A stretch of 64,000 nucleotides of DNA, taken from assembly GCA_963748625.1 (NCBI GenBank), contig CAVVJT010000010.1, positions 1,312,001 through 1,376,000 of the forward strand, given 5' to 3'. Numbering within the stretch: the stretch's first letter is position 1; every line of letters starts with the position of its first letter. The notes below the pieces were generated by a model. That model saw only the letters and a program-made list of their open reading frames with translations, was not told the DNA's origin and made no database searches. This stretch comes from an uncultured Chloroflexia bacterium (GTDB lineage Bacteria > Chloroflexota > Limnocylindria > Limnocylindrales > CSP1-4). Made by a program: the position numbers and the translations under genes. Shown piece by piece: positions 26,353-35,184 of the stretch.

Positions 26353-26496
26353 CGCCCGCAGCAAACGGAGGGCCGCCCGCAGCAGACTGGGCCGAGACCG
26401 GGCCGCCGGGCCGCCCGCAGCAGACTGGGCCGTGACCGGGCCGCCCGCGGCAGACGGAGGGCCGCCCGCGGCATACGGGGCCGTGACCGGGCCGCC
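26353..26496 (+). repeat. Degenerate tandem repeats (gccgcccgcagcagactgggccg-like)
   Basis: About five variable units right of the IS110/MITE. Confidence 0.75.
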
Positions 26497-26531
26497 GTGC
26501 CGCCCGCCGACAGGACGACGCACCCGCCGAC

Positions 26532-27035
26532 TCAGCCCGGAAGCGGCTCCGCATTGCTCTTGTCGTCCATCACCGACGCCGTCTGCGCAGCCCGCCAGGC
26601 ATCGAGCCGCGCCGCAAGACCGGCGTCGGACAGCGCCAGGATCGCCGCCGCCAGCAGCGCCGCGTTGTCCGCGTTCCCGATCGCGACCGTCGCAACCGGG
26701 ATCCCGCGCGGCATCTGCACGATCGAGAGCAGCGAGTCCAAGCCGCCCAGGTGCTGGGTCGGGATGGGCACCCCGATCACCGGCAGCGTCGTCTTCGCGG
26801 CCAGCATCCCGGGCAGATGCGCCGCCCCGCCGGCACCCGCGACGATCACCCGGATCCCCCGTTCGCGGGCGGTCTCCGCGTAGCGGAAGAGGTGGTCGGG
26901 CGTCCTGTGTGCCGAGACGACACGCAGCTCGCAGGGAACCCCGAGCTCCTCGAGCACGGCGACCGCCTTCTCGAGCACGGGGAAGTCCGAGCGGCTGCCA
27001 CCCACGATGCCGACCACCGGTCGCGTCCCGTCCAC
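26532..27035 (-). CDS. purE: N5-carboxyaminoimidazole ribonucleotide mutase
   Basis: [24 protein letters not shown] and [17 protein letters not shown]. Confidence 0.97.
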   Translation of the reverse strand: MDGTRPVVGIVGGSRSDFPVLEKAVAVLEELGVPCELRVVSAHRTPDHLFRYAETARERGIRVIVAGAGGAAHLPGMLAAKTTLPVIGVPIPTQHLGGLDSLLSIVQMPRGIPVATVAIGNADNAALLAAAILALSDAGLAARLDAWRAAQTASVMDDKSNAEPLPG

Positions 27036-27042
27036 GATCCGC

Positions 27043-28758
27043 TCAGTCCTCCCAGCGCAGTGCGGCGCGCGCGCGGCGCGCGCGCTCGAGAGCCTCGTCG
27101 GCGTCGCGGCCGACCACCGTCAGGTGCCCCATCTTGCGCCGCTCGAACACCCGGCGCTTGCCGTAGACGTGGAGATGGACGCCGGGATCGCCCAGCGCCT
27201 CGGGCACTCCGCCGAGTCGCGCGTCGCGATCCGGGCCGCTGCCCAGCAGGTTGACCATCGCCGCGACGCCGTGCGGCACCGCCGATCCCAGCGGCAGCCC
27301 GAGGATCGCCCGCAGGTGCTGCTCGAACTGCGAGGTCGCGGCGCCCTCGATCGTCCAGTGGCCGGAGTTGTGCACCCGTGGTGCCAGCTCGTTGACCATC
27401 ATGCCGCCGCCGGGGAGCGAGAACAGCTCGGCGGTAACCACGCCCACCACGTCGAGCGCCCGCGCGATGCTCGCCCCCGTCTCGATCGCGTCGAACGCGA
27501 TGATCGGATCGACCGGTGCCGGAGCCACGCTCTCGCTGAGGATCCCCGCGTCATGGACGTTGCGTGACGGCGGGAAGGCGAGCGTCCGCCCGGTGCGTCC
27601 GCGAGCGGTCACCACGGACATCTCGCAGGCGTAGTCGATCTCCGCCTCCAGGAGCAGCGGCCGCCCGGCCTCGCCCCCCAGGGCGCCGACCGCCGCCGCA
27701 ACCTCCGTGCGTGTGGTGATCCGCACTTGCGAACGCCCGTCGTACCCGCCCAGCGGCAGCTTGAGCCGGCACGGATACCCGAGGTCCTCGGCGGCCGCTT
27801 CGGCCTCGGCGACGCCCCGGACCTCCCGCCAGGGGGCCGTCCACTCGCCCATGTCGCGGATGAAGCGGCGCTCAGCCAGGCGGTCCTGGGTCGCCCGAAG
27901 CGCGGTGAGTCCGGGCCGGAGCGGCGCCACCTCGGCCGCCGCCATCGCCGCCTCGAGGCCGACATGCTCCAGCTCGTAGGTGACGACATCGCTCCGGGAC
28001 GCCAGCCGGCGGGCGGCAGCCGCGTCGTCGTACCGCCCGACGATGATCTCGTCCGCCACGGCCGCGGTCGGGCAGGCGGGATCCGGATCCAGCGCGATCA
28101 GCCGGTAGCCCATCGCGCGCGCAGCGAAGCCCAGCATCCGGCCCAGCTGTCCTCCCCCGAGCACCCCGATGGTCGACCCCGGCGGCAGCGGCTCCACGCC
28201 CGCCGGCCCGCGGCGGATCCCCAGCCGGTACAGCGCGTCGAGGACGAAGTCGGCCTTCTGCATGGTGTAGGCCTCGAACGGCTCAGCCGCGACCGATCCG
28301 TCCACGATGCGCTGCTTGGTAGCGGCATAGGCGTCTCGCAGGGCGGCGTCGGCGAGCAGGGCGTCGCGGAAGCCCAGGAGCTCGGGCAGCTCGCGGCGGC
28401 CGGGTGGCATCACGTGCAGGTGGACGCGGTACGCCGTGCCCTCGTGGAGCACCTCGCCCACGAGCATCGGCCGGGTGGGCGGGAACGGTGCCAGGCCCTG
28501 CTGGCGTCCGAAACCGAGCGAGAGGAGGGCGTCGGTGAGGACCGGGATGTCGTCGGGGGCCGACTCCACGGCGAGGTCCACGATGTTCTTGCCAGGCAGC
28601 CCCGGGACGGCCGACGAGCCCACGTGCTCCACGGCAGCAGCGGGGTGCGCGCTCGCGATCAGGCGCGCCAGGCCCCGCGCGACCTCGACCGTCGCGGGGT
28701 CCCACGGGTGGAAGCCGGCCGGACGGCGCTCATAGGGGCGGACGGGCAGGTCGGACAT
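27043..28758 (-). CDS. purK: GrpB (UPF0157) domain fused to N5-CAIR synthase PurK
   Basis: N-terminal [24 protein letters not shown] and FRDALL..YAATK (GrpB), in frame with [31 protein letters not shown] and RKMGH (PurK). Confidence 0.92.
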   Translation of the reverse strand: MSDLPVRPYERRPAGFHPWDPATVEVARGLARLIASAHPAAAVEHVGSSAVPGLPGKNIVDLAVESAPDDIPVLTDALLSLGFGRQQGLAPFPPTRPMLVGEVLHEGTAYRVHLHVMPPGRRELPELLGFRDALLADAALRDAYAATKQRIVDGSVAAEPFEAYTMQKADFVLDALYRLGIRRGPAGVEPLPPGSTIGVLGGGQLGRMLGFAARAMGYRLIALDPDPACPTAAVADEIIVGRYDDAAAARRLASRSDVVTYELEHVGLEAAMAAAEVAPLRPGLTALRATQDRLAERRFIRDMGEWTAPWREVRGVAEAEAAAEDLGYPCRLKLPLGGYDGRSQVRITTRTEVAAAVGALGGEAGRPLLLEAEIDYACEMSVVTARGRTGRTLAFPPSRNVHDAGILSESVAPAPVDPIIAFDAIETGASIARALDVVGVVTAELFSLPGGGMMVNELAPRVHNSGHWTIEGAATSQFEQHLRAILGLPLGSAVPHGVAAMVNLLGSGPDRDARLGGVPEALGDPGVHLHVYGKRRVFERRKMGHLTVVGRDADEALERARRARAALRWED

Positions 28759-28774
28759 GGGGCCGAAGTGTAGA

Positions 28775-28838
28775 GGACGCCGCGTCGGGGACGCCGCGTC
28801 GGGGACGCCGCGTCGGGGACGCCGCGTCGGGGACGCCG
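28775..28838 (+). repeat. 14-bp tandem repeat, about 4.5 copies (ggacgccgcgtcgg), palindromic unit
   Basis: Directly visible, immediately upstream of grpB-purK. Confidence 0.9.
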
Positions 28839-28901
28839 CCGGAACGTGGTGCGGGCGCCGGCTCCGGACAGGACTAGGCCCGTCGCCCGCACGAGGACAG
28901 A

Positions 28902-29426
28902 TCAGTTCGACGTGATCACCACGGACCCGGCGCTCATCAGGAACATGAAGCTCAGGGCACCCAAGATGCCGAAGACGAGCGGCAGGATGACCAGGATCCA
29001 GAGGCAGCCGATTGCGGCGCCGCTGGGCTTCTGCACCGGCCCGCCGTACTGGGCGGCCCAATCCTCGTCGGACTTGAGCAGGTACAGGATCCCCTCGATC
29101 CAGGCGATGAACGAGGGGATGCCCGTCCACGAGAAGACCAGGTACAGGATCCCCATGCCCACCCGGCCCAAGTAGAACTTGTGCAGGCCGAGGCCGCCCA
29201 GGAGGATCGCCAGGGCCGCCGCGACGACACGACTCTTCGGCGAGGCCGGGGCGTAGGCGGGCGCGTAGGCCATGGGGGGAGCCGCGGGTGCCGGAGCGAC
29301 CGGCGGCGGAGCCGGGGCAACGGGCGGCGCGACAGGCGGCGCGGCCGGAGGCGGGGCCGGGGTCACGGGCGGCGCGGGCGCGTCGGGCGGCGGGGTCTGC
29401 GCAAGGTTGGGGTCGGATTCGGTCAT
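28902..29426 (-). CDS. TM2/NINE-domain membrane protein with Pro-rich N-terminus
   Basis: KSRVVAAALAILLGGLGLHKFYLG...WIEGILYL. Confidence 0.88.
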   Translation of the reverse strand: MTESDPNLAQTPPPDAPAPPVTPAPPPAAPPVAPPVAPAPPPVAPAPAAPPMAYAPAYAPASPKSRVVAAALAILLGGLGLHKFYLGRVGMGILYLVFSWTGIPSFIAWIEGILYLLKSDEDWAAQYGGPVQKPSGAAIGCLWILVILPLVFGILGALSFMFLMSAGSVVITSN

Positions 29427-29597
29427 GGGAGCTCCTCAGGCTGGTGCGGGGCATGCCAAGCGTGGCACAGACCTCGCCCCTTGTGCGGGCCGTCTGAGCG
29501 CCTGGCCTCCACCCCCGGCGCCTGAGCGCCTGCCCTCAACCCGACGCCTGAGCGCCGGCGGCTGGCACCCGGCCTTGCGAACGGCGACAATCCCGCC

Positions 29598-30332
29598 ATG
29601 CTCCATGGTGGCCCCGGTCCGTACGGCGTCGCAGCACCGCGGATCCTCATCGTCGATGACGACCCGAACCTGCTCGTCCTCCTGGCCGAGCAGCTGCGAG
29701 CGGATGGCTTCGAGGTGCAGACCGCGCGCGACGGCGACGAGGCCCTCCGGCGACTTGGCCAGGCATGGCCGGACCTGCTGATCATCGACATGCTCATGCC
29801 CCGCATGGACGGGCTCACGCTGGCACGCGAGGTCAAGGCCCGGGCAGACCTGCCGATCATCGTCCTCTCGGCCATCGACACCGCGGACTCGAAGGCGGAG
29901 ATCCTCGAGGAGGTCGCCGAGGACTACGTCACCAAGCCCTATCACTACGGTGAGCTGCGGGCGCGGATCCAGCGCGTCCTGCGCCGCCTCGGTGACCGGG
30001 TGCCGCGCCAGCGCCTGGAGCTGGGGCCGGACCTTGCCCTTGAGCTCCACCGGCGCGAGGCGGACGTTGCAGGGCAGACCGTGACGCTCACCCCCACCGA
30101 GTCCCGCCTCCTCTACGCGCTGGCGGCCAACCTCGGCCAGACGGTGACCACCGAGACCCTCCTTGCCCGCGGCTGGGCCGACACAGAGGACGCCGATCCC
30201 TCCTACGTCTGGGTCACGATGCGCCGCCTCCGACAGAAGGTGGAGGTGGACCCCAACAAGCCCGTCCACCTGCTCACCGTGCGCGGCATCGGCTACCGGC
30301 TCGTCAGCGCCGGCGCCACCCCTCAATCGTGA
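29598..30332 (+). CDS. OmpR/KdpE-family response regulator
   Basis: ILIVDDD, DMLMPRMDG, EDYVTKPY and VTMRRLRQKVE...RGIGYRL. Confidence 0.94.
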   Translation: MLHGGPGPYGVAAPRILIVDDDPNLLVLLAEQLRADGFEVQTARDGDEALRRLGQAWPDLLIIDMLMPRMDGLTLAREVKARADLPIIVLSAIDTADSKAEILEEVAEDYVTKPYHYGELRARIQRVLRRLGDRVPRQRLELGPDLALELHRREADVAGQTVTLTPTESRLLYALAANLGQTVTTETLLARGWADTEDADPSYVWVTMRRLRQKVEVDPNKPVHLLTVRGIGYRLVSAGATPQS

Positions 30333-30342
30333 CCCCAGCCGC

Positions 30343-31785
30343 ATGACCGACCCCGCCCGGACCGACCCGCTCGAGCCCGCCGTCTACCGGGCGAAGGGCC
30401 TCGGCTTCCGAACACGCCTGACGCTCTGGCTGGTCGCGGCGGCGGTGGTCCCGGTCGCCGTCTTCGGTGCGGTCGTCATGATCCTGGTGGCCGGCTCCCA
30501 AGGCTCCGACGGCACCGTGGGCCGCGTCCTGCTCCTGGTCGTCACCCTTGCCGTCGTCTTCGCGATCCTGCTGGCCGCCGTGCTCGCCGCGGACCTCGGG
30601 GCGCCGCTGCGCCAGATCGCGAGCTCCGTGGAGCGCGTGTCCGCGGGCGATCTCGCCACGCGCCTGGAGCTACCCGGCGACGACGAGTTCAGCCGCCTCG
30701 CCGAGAGCCACAACCGGCTCGCCGCAGACCTGCAACGCCGGAACCGCGAGCTCCGCCGGCTCCTCGACGCGCTGGGCCGCATGACGCTCGAGGACCGACC
30801 CGACACGATCGCGGCGAAGGCGGCGACGGCGGCACGTGACGCCTTCGACATGCTCGACTGCGAGGTCCTGCTGGTGGACCCGCGCGAGATCCCCATCGAG
30901 GAAGCCGTCCCCGGCGAGCCGATCCCCGTCCGGTCGCTGATGATCGCCGCAGGGTCCACCACGGGCGTCGTGACCGGCCGCCTCGCGGCCACCCGACGCT
31001 GGGATCGCGCAGACCAGGATCTCCTCGACCTGTTCGCCATCGAGATCGGGGGCGCCATCCGCAACGCCCAGCTGTACGCGCGGGTCGAGGACCAGAACAG
31101 CCGCCTGGTCGACCTCGACCGCGCCAAGGACGACTTCCTGCGCGGGGTGTCCCACAACCTGCAGACCCCGCTCGCGAGCATCCGCGGGTACGCAGGCCAA
31201 CTGGACGCGGAGCGGCCCGACCACCGCCTCGAGATCATCACCGAGCAGACCGACCGGCTGAGCCGCATGGTCCGCCAGCTCCTGACCGTGTCCCGCATCG
31301 AATCGGGTGCCCTCCGCTCCCGCCAGGAGGTCTTCGCCCTTGCGCCGCGGGTGCGCCGCACCTGGGAGGCGCTGGGGGTTGCCGACGTCCCGTTCACCCT
31401 CGAGGACGGGGCCCGGGGCTGGCTCGCCGTGGGCGACCCGGACCAGCTCGAACAGGTGCTGTGGGCCCTGCTCGACAACGCGGTGGTGTACGGCGGCCGC
31501 ACGGCGGTGGACGCGGCGGTCACGATCGACGAGACGGCCTCGGTCCTGCGGATCGACATCGCGGACCATGGCCCGGGCGTCATGGACGAGGATCGCGACC
31601 GCCTGTTCGGGCGCTTCGAGCGCGGCTCCGAGCGCCCGAGCGGCGAGGGCTCGGGGCTCGGGCTCTACGTCTCCCGGGAGCTCTGCCGCACGATGGGCGG
31701 CGACCTAGAGATCGCCCCGGCGGTGCCCGGCTGGGGAGCGGTCTTCACGATCACGCTCCCCGCGGAGGTTCCGGAGGAGTCCTGA
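30343..31785 (+). CDS. Sensor histidine kinase (2 TM, HAMP, GAF-like, HisKA, HATPase)
   Basis: SHNLQTPL, LLDNAVVY, DHGPGV and GSGLGL. Confidence 0.93.
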   Translation: MTDPARTDPLEPAVYRAKGLGFRTRLTLWLVAAAVVPVAVFGAVVMILVAGSQGSDGTVGRVLLLVVTLAVVFAILLAAVLAADLGAPLRQIASSVERVSAGDLATRLELPGDDEFSRLAESHNRLAADLQRRNRELRRLLDALGRMTLEDRPDTIAAKAATAARDAFDMLDCEVLLVDPREIPIEEAVPGEPIPVRSLMIAAGSTTGVVTGRLAATRRWDRADQDLLDLFAIEIGGAIRNAQLYARVEDQNSRLVDLDRAKDDFLRGVSHNLQTPLASIRGYAGQLDAERPDHRLEIITEQTDRLSRMVRQLLTVSRIESGALRSRQEVFALAPRVRRTWEALGVADVPFTLEDGARGWLAVGDPDQLEQVLWALLDNAVVYGGRTAVDAAVTIDETASVLRIDIADHGPGVMDEDRDRLFGRFERGSERPSGEGSGLGLYVSRELCRTMGGDLEIAPAVPGWGAVFTITLPAEVPEES

Positions 31786-31830
31786 GGCGCGCGCAGCGCC
31801 CGATGCCCGGATCCGGACCGGGAGCCGTGT

Positions 31831-31866
31831 CTGTTAGGTGTGCTGCAAGGTGCTCGGACGATAGTT
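31831..31866 (+). promoter_or_regulatory. Direct-repeat box plus -10-like element upstream of Tad triad 1
   Basis: ctgttagg (31831) and ctgcaagg (31843) are 12 bp apart; cgatagtt starts 16 bp after the second box. Confidence 0.55.
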
Positions 31867-31931
31867 GCCCTCGCCACGGCCGGGGGGTCGACCCATGTCA
31901 GGGGCACCTTGTGCACAGTGGCGCACCGTTG

Positions 31932-33392
31932 ATGAGACCGCCTTCCCGGTCCACAGCATCTCCCCGCCGCCGCTTTCGCGGCCAGTCGCTGGTGGAGTTC
32001 GCGCTGGTCCTCCCGGTCATGCTCCTCATCCTGGTGATCGCGGCCGACTTTGGGCGACTCTTCTTCTCCTACGTCCAGGTGATGAACGCTGCGCGTGAAG
32101 GCGCCAGCTACGCGAGCCTGCACGCGGCCGACAGCCCGTTTGACGGCACTGCGTACAGCAATGGCGTGACCGCCGCCGCGACCGGTGAGGCCAACGTACA
32201 GGGGCAGAGTGGCGAGGGTGGTCTGAACGTCGACCCGCCCGTCTGCTTCGACCCGCTGACGTTCGATCCGCTGACGCAAACACCGACGATCGACTGCAAC
32301 GTTGCGTCCGACTTCGCCGGCAGGATCGGCAACCACGTGCGGGTGACGGTCCGGGAGGACTTCACCTTCCTGACACCGATCATCTCCGGGCTTGTCGGCG
32401 TTCTGCCGCTGACGGCGTCGGCCACGGCGCCGGTCCACAACCCGCCGGTTGCTCCACCGACTCCTGAGCCCACCCCAGTGCCGGGCAGTCTCGTCGTAAG
32501 GAAGGTTCTGGCCGGCGATCTCACTGACTTCAATGGCGGCGAGTTCACGTTCGAGGTCACGTGCAACGGCGTGGACCTCGGCGAGGTGACGATTGACCTT
32601 GCCAGCGGAGCGGAGTCATCAGATCCGGTCACCGGCATCACGCCCGGATCCATCTGCACCGTGACCGAGATCGACCAGCCCAACGCGGGTCCGCACGCGT
32701 CCTGGGACAGCCCGGGACCCGAACAGGCGACAATCACCTCGGACTCTCAGGAACAGGTCACGATCACGAATACCCGCACGTACTCGGCGCCGGTAGATGG
32801 CAGCCTTGTCGTGACGAAGGTCCTCGACGGCGACTACACGGACTTCGCGGGCGGCGACTTCACATTCGATGTGTCCTGCGATGGCACGAACTACGGGCCG
32901 GTGAGGATCCCCCTCTCCAGCGGCACCGGGTCGACAGATCCGATCACCGGCATCCCGGCTGACGCCAACTGCACGGTGACCGAGACCACCAGGCCCGAGG
33001 CAGGTCCCAATGCGTCCTGGGTGGGCAGCATGGGCACAACCACGGTCACCATCGAGAAGAACAAGCAGGCGGACGCCGTCATCACGAATACGCGGACCTA
33101 CACCGCCCCGTGTGAAAGCCCACTGGTCACAATCACGCCGGCGACGACAAGCGACACGTCGAAGAAGATCACCGTGATCTTCACGGGAACCGCCGCGGGA
33201 AGTCCGAGCTCATGGACATGGGACTTTGGCGATGGGATCTCAGCGACGGGAGTCACCGTCACGCACGATTTCCTTTACACCAAAGGCAACAAGGGCAGCG
33301 GGGCGCAGGAGTGGAAGGTTACCCTCACGACGGCCGGGGGAGCGTGCGGAACGACCAGCGCGCAGGCGACCGTCACGTTGGACTACAGATGA
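31932..33392 (+). CDS. TadE-like minor pilin with two DUF5979/CnaB-like repeats and a C-terminal PKD domain (triad 1)
   Basis: Prepilin motif [13 protein letters not shown]; DFGR and NAAREGA; two GSLVVxKV...FTFxVxC...TNTRTY repeats; PKD motif SWTWDFGDG. Confidence 0.88.
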   Translation: MRPPSRSTASPRRRFRGQSLVEFALVLPVMLLILVIAADFGRLFFSYVQVMNAAREGASYASLHAADSPFDGTAYSNGVTAAATGEANVQGQSGEGGLNVDPPVCFDPLTFDPLTQTPTIDCNVASDFAGRIGNHVRVTVREDFTFLTPIISGLVGVLPLTASATAPVHNPPVAPPTPEPTPVPGSLVVRKVLAGDLTDFNGGEFTFEVTCNGVDLGEVTIDLASGAESSDPVTGITPGSICTVTEIDQPNAGPHASWDSPGPEQATITSDSQEQVTITNTRTYSAPVDGSLVVTKVLDGDYTDFAGGDFTFDVSCDGTNYGPVRIPLSSGTGSTDPITGIPADANCTVTETTRPEAGPNASWVGSMGTTTVTIEKNKQADAVITNTRTYTAPCESPLVTITPATTSDTSKKITVIFTGTAAGSPSSWTWDFGDGISATGVTVTHDFLYTKGNKGSGAQEWKVTLTTAGGACGTTSAQATVTLDYR

Positions 33393-33928
33393 GCCTCGGA
33401 CACGGCGATCGCGGCCAAGCCCTCGTCGAGTTTGCGCTCGTGTTCCCGTTCTTCATGCTGCTTCTCTTCGGCGTGATCGAGCTGGGACGATCCGTCTACA
33501 CCGATACCGCGCTCTCCCAAGCGGCCCGTGAGGGCGCCCGATTGGCGGCGGTGGAGGCGCGCTGGATCGGAGACACCGGCTTGTCATGCGTTGCGGCGCC
33601 CAGCGACATCACGGCGGCCAATCCGGGCGCACATGTGTGTCCGGCCAATCCTGCCGCCTTCAAGTCACACATCGTCGATGCCGTCAATCGCATGGTCGTC
33701 GGCCTGGGCGAGGTGTCGACTGTCTACGTGGCATGCACCGCGCAAGACGATCCTGAGCCGAGCGGCGAGTGGGACGGTTCGGTCCCATTCGCCGACTGCG
33801 GGGGCCTGGGAACTCCCAACCGGTCAGGGGACCTTGTTTCTGTGCGAATCGTCTTCGAGTACAGCCCGATCCTCCCGCTCATCGGGCCCTCATCGAGATC
33901 CACGTCAGCCACCATGGCGATCAACTAG
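33389..33928 (+). CDS. TadE family pilus assembly protein (triad 1)
   Basis: RGQALVEFALVFP, ELGR and QAAREGARLA; ATGA overlap with the upstream gene. Confidence 0.9.
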   Translation: MSLGHGDRGQALVEFALVFPFFMLLLFGVIELGRSVYTDTALSQAAREGARLAAVEARWIGDTGLSCVAAPSDITAANPGAHVCPANPAAFKSHIVDAVNRMVVGLGEVSTVYVACTAQDDPEPSGEWDGSVPFADCGGLGTPNRSGDLVSVRIVFEYSPILPLIGPSSRSTSATMAIN

Positions 33929-33937
33929 GAGCACGCG

Positions 33938-34960
33938 ATGACCCGGAGAACCGTCGGATCGCAAGGGGGCCAGACCCTCGTCCTGTTCGCTGGGTCGCTG
34001 GTCGTCCTGCTGCTCATCGTGGGGCTCGTAATCGACGCCGGCTATGCCTTCGCCCAGCGCCGATCGGCACAGAACGCAGCCGACTTCGCGGCCACTGCCG
34101 GCGCCCGCATCGTCGGCGAGAAGTTCACTGGGAAGCCGGCGGGCGCAGGCACCGGGTCGAATGTCCAGAGCGCGATCCAGCACGCGCTCGCAGCGAATGG
34201 AGCTCAGCTGACCGCAGCCCAGTACATCGACACCGCGGGCCGGCTAGCAGGAACTGTGGGTGGCGGCGAGATCCCTGCGAACGCTGCGGGGGTCACGGTC
34301 AGTGCGACGACCCAATGGCGGCCATTTGTGCTCGGGATCATCGGGGTGAGCAGCTGGTCGGCGGGCGCGCAGGCGACCGCGATGACCAAGGGGACGGCAT
34401 CCGGTGGCGTGCTGCCGCTTGGTATTGAGCGGATCGCATTCAACGGTCTGCCGCCATGCGACCTAGCCGGAGGATGCGACCCGGACCGGCTTACCTCGGG
34501 GCGCCTCAATGGACCGGGCCAGTTCGGATGGCTCTCGTTCGGGGCAGGGTCGAAGTTCTGCGAGGGATACGGGCTCGGGCAGTTGGCCACTGACAACTGT
34601 GAAGTCAGCCAGGGTTACCTCGAGAACGAGATCGGGCCGCCTGGTGACAGCCACGGGTGCTGCACCACGGTCGTCGGTGATCCCAATCCGCTGATCGGAG
34701 GTCTCACCGGCAACGAGTGGGGCGACCTCAGCTACTACATCGACAACAAGATCCCGGTCTGGGTGCCGATCTGGGATTGGTCGGCTGACAACGGCCGAAA
34801 TGCCTACTACCACATCGTCGGCTTTGGCGCTGTCATCCTCACCGGCGAGGGGGACCAGCACGCCAAGTGGATCGAGGGCATGCGCGTATCGGACATTGGC
34901 GATGTCCCCAATGCGTTCGGTCTCACGGGCGTCACCGGAGAGGTCTATCTCGTCCGCTGA
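33938..34960 (+). CDS. TadG-related (Tad N-terminal domain) protein (triad 1)
   Basis: GGQTLVLFA, VIDAG, AQNAADFAA, GPGQFGWL and YHIVGFG. Confidence 0.88.
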   Translation: MTRRTVGSQGGQTLVLFAGSLVVLLLIVGLVIDAGYAFAQRRSAQNAADFAATAGARIVGEKFTGKPAGAGTGSNVQSAIQHALAANGAQLTAAQYIDTAGRLAGTVGGGEIPANAAGVTVSATTQWRPFVLGIIGVSSWSAGAQATAMTKGTASGGVLPLGIERIAFNGLPPCDLAGGCDPDRLTSGRLNGPGQFGWLSFGAGSKFCEGYGLGQLATDNCEVSQGYLENEIGPPGDSHGCCTTVVGDPNPLIGGLTGNEWGDLSYYIDNKIPVWVPIWDWSADNGRNAYYHIVGFGAVILTGEGDQHAKWIEGMRVSDIGDVPNAFGLTGVTGEVYLVR

Positions 34961-35102
34961 GGCGTACGTCCTCGCCGATGCAGCGGGACGAGATAGGGCA
35001 TCCGACAGGACCACGCGCGAGGCCGAAACGGTGCGCAGACACACCGGGTACGTCGTTTGTAGCACTTTGGGCTCATGCCTTTGCAGGACCCCGGGAGTCT
35101 GC

Positions 35103-35138
35103 CGGCAAGGTGGGCTGTAAGGTCGTGGCCCGATAGTT
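35103..35138 (+). promoter_or_regulatory. Direct-repeat box plus -10-like element upstream of Tad triad 2
   Basis: cggcaagg (35103) and ctgtaagg (35115); cgatagtt at 35131, the same spacing as triad 1. Confidence 0.55.
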
Positions 35139-35184
35139 CGACCCGGTCGCCACCACGGGGGTCGGCGAATCCGGGGGCCTTGCA

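Larger units (their letters stand above)
24985..26354. mobile_element. Small MITE/REP-like element (about 115 bp once IS110 is removed) with 15-bp terminal inverted repeats, interrupted by IS110
   Basis: Left TIR is cgccccacgtgtggg (24985-24999). Joining 25090 to 26346 restores cccacacgtggggcg, its exact reverse complement. Confidence 0.65.

Noticed and set aside
18386-28838. Repeat tracts as possible CRISPR arrays (18386, 24885, 26353, 28775)
   Set aside because: The units are head-to-tail without unique spacers, and there are no cas genes.
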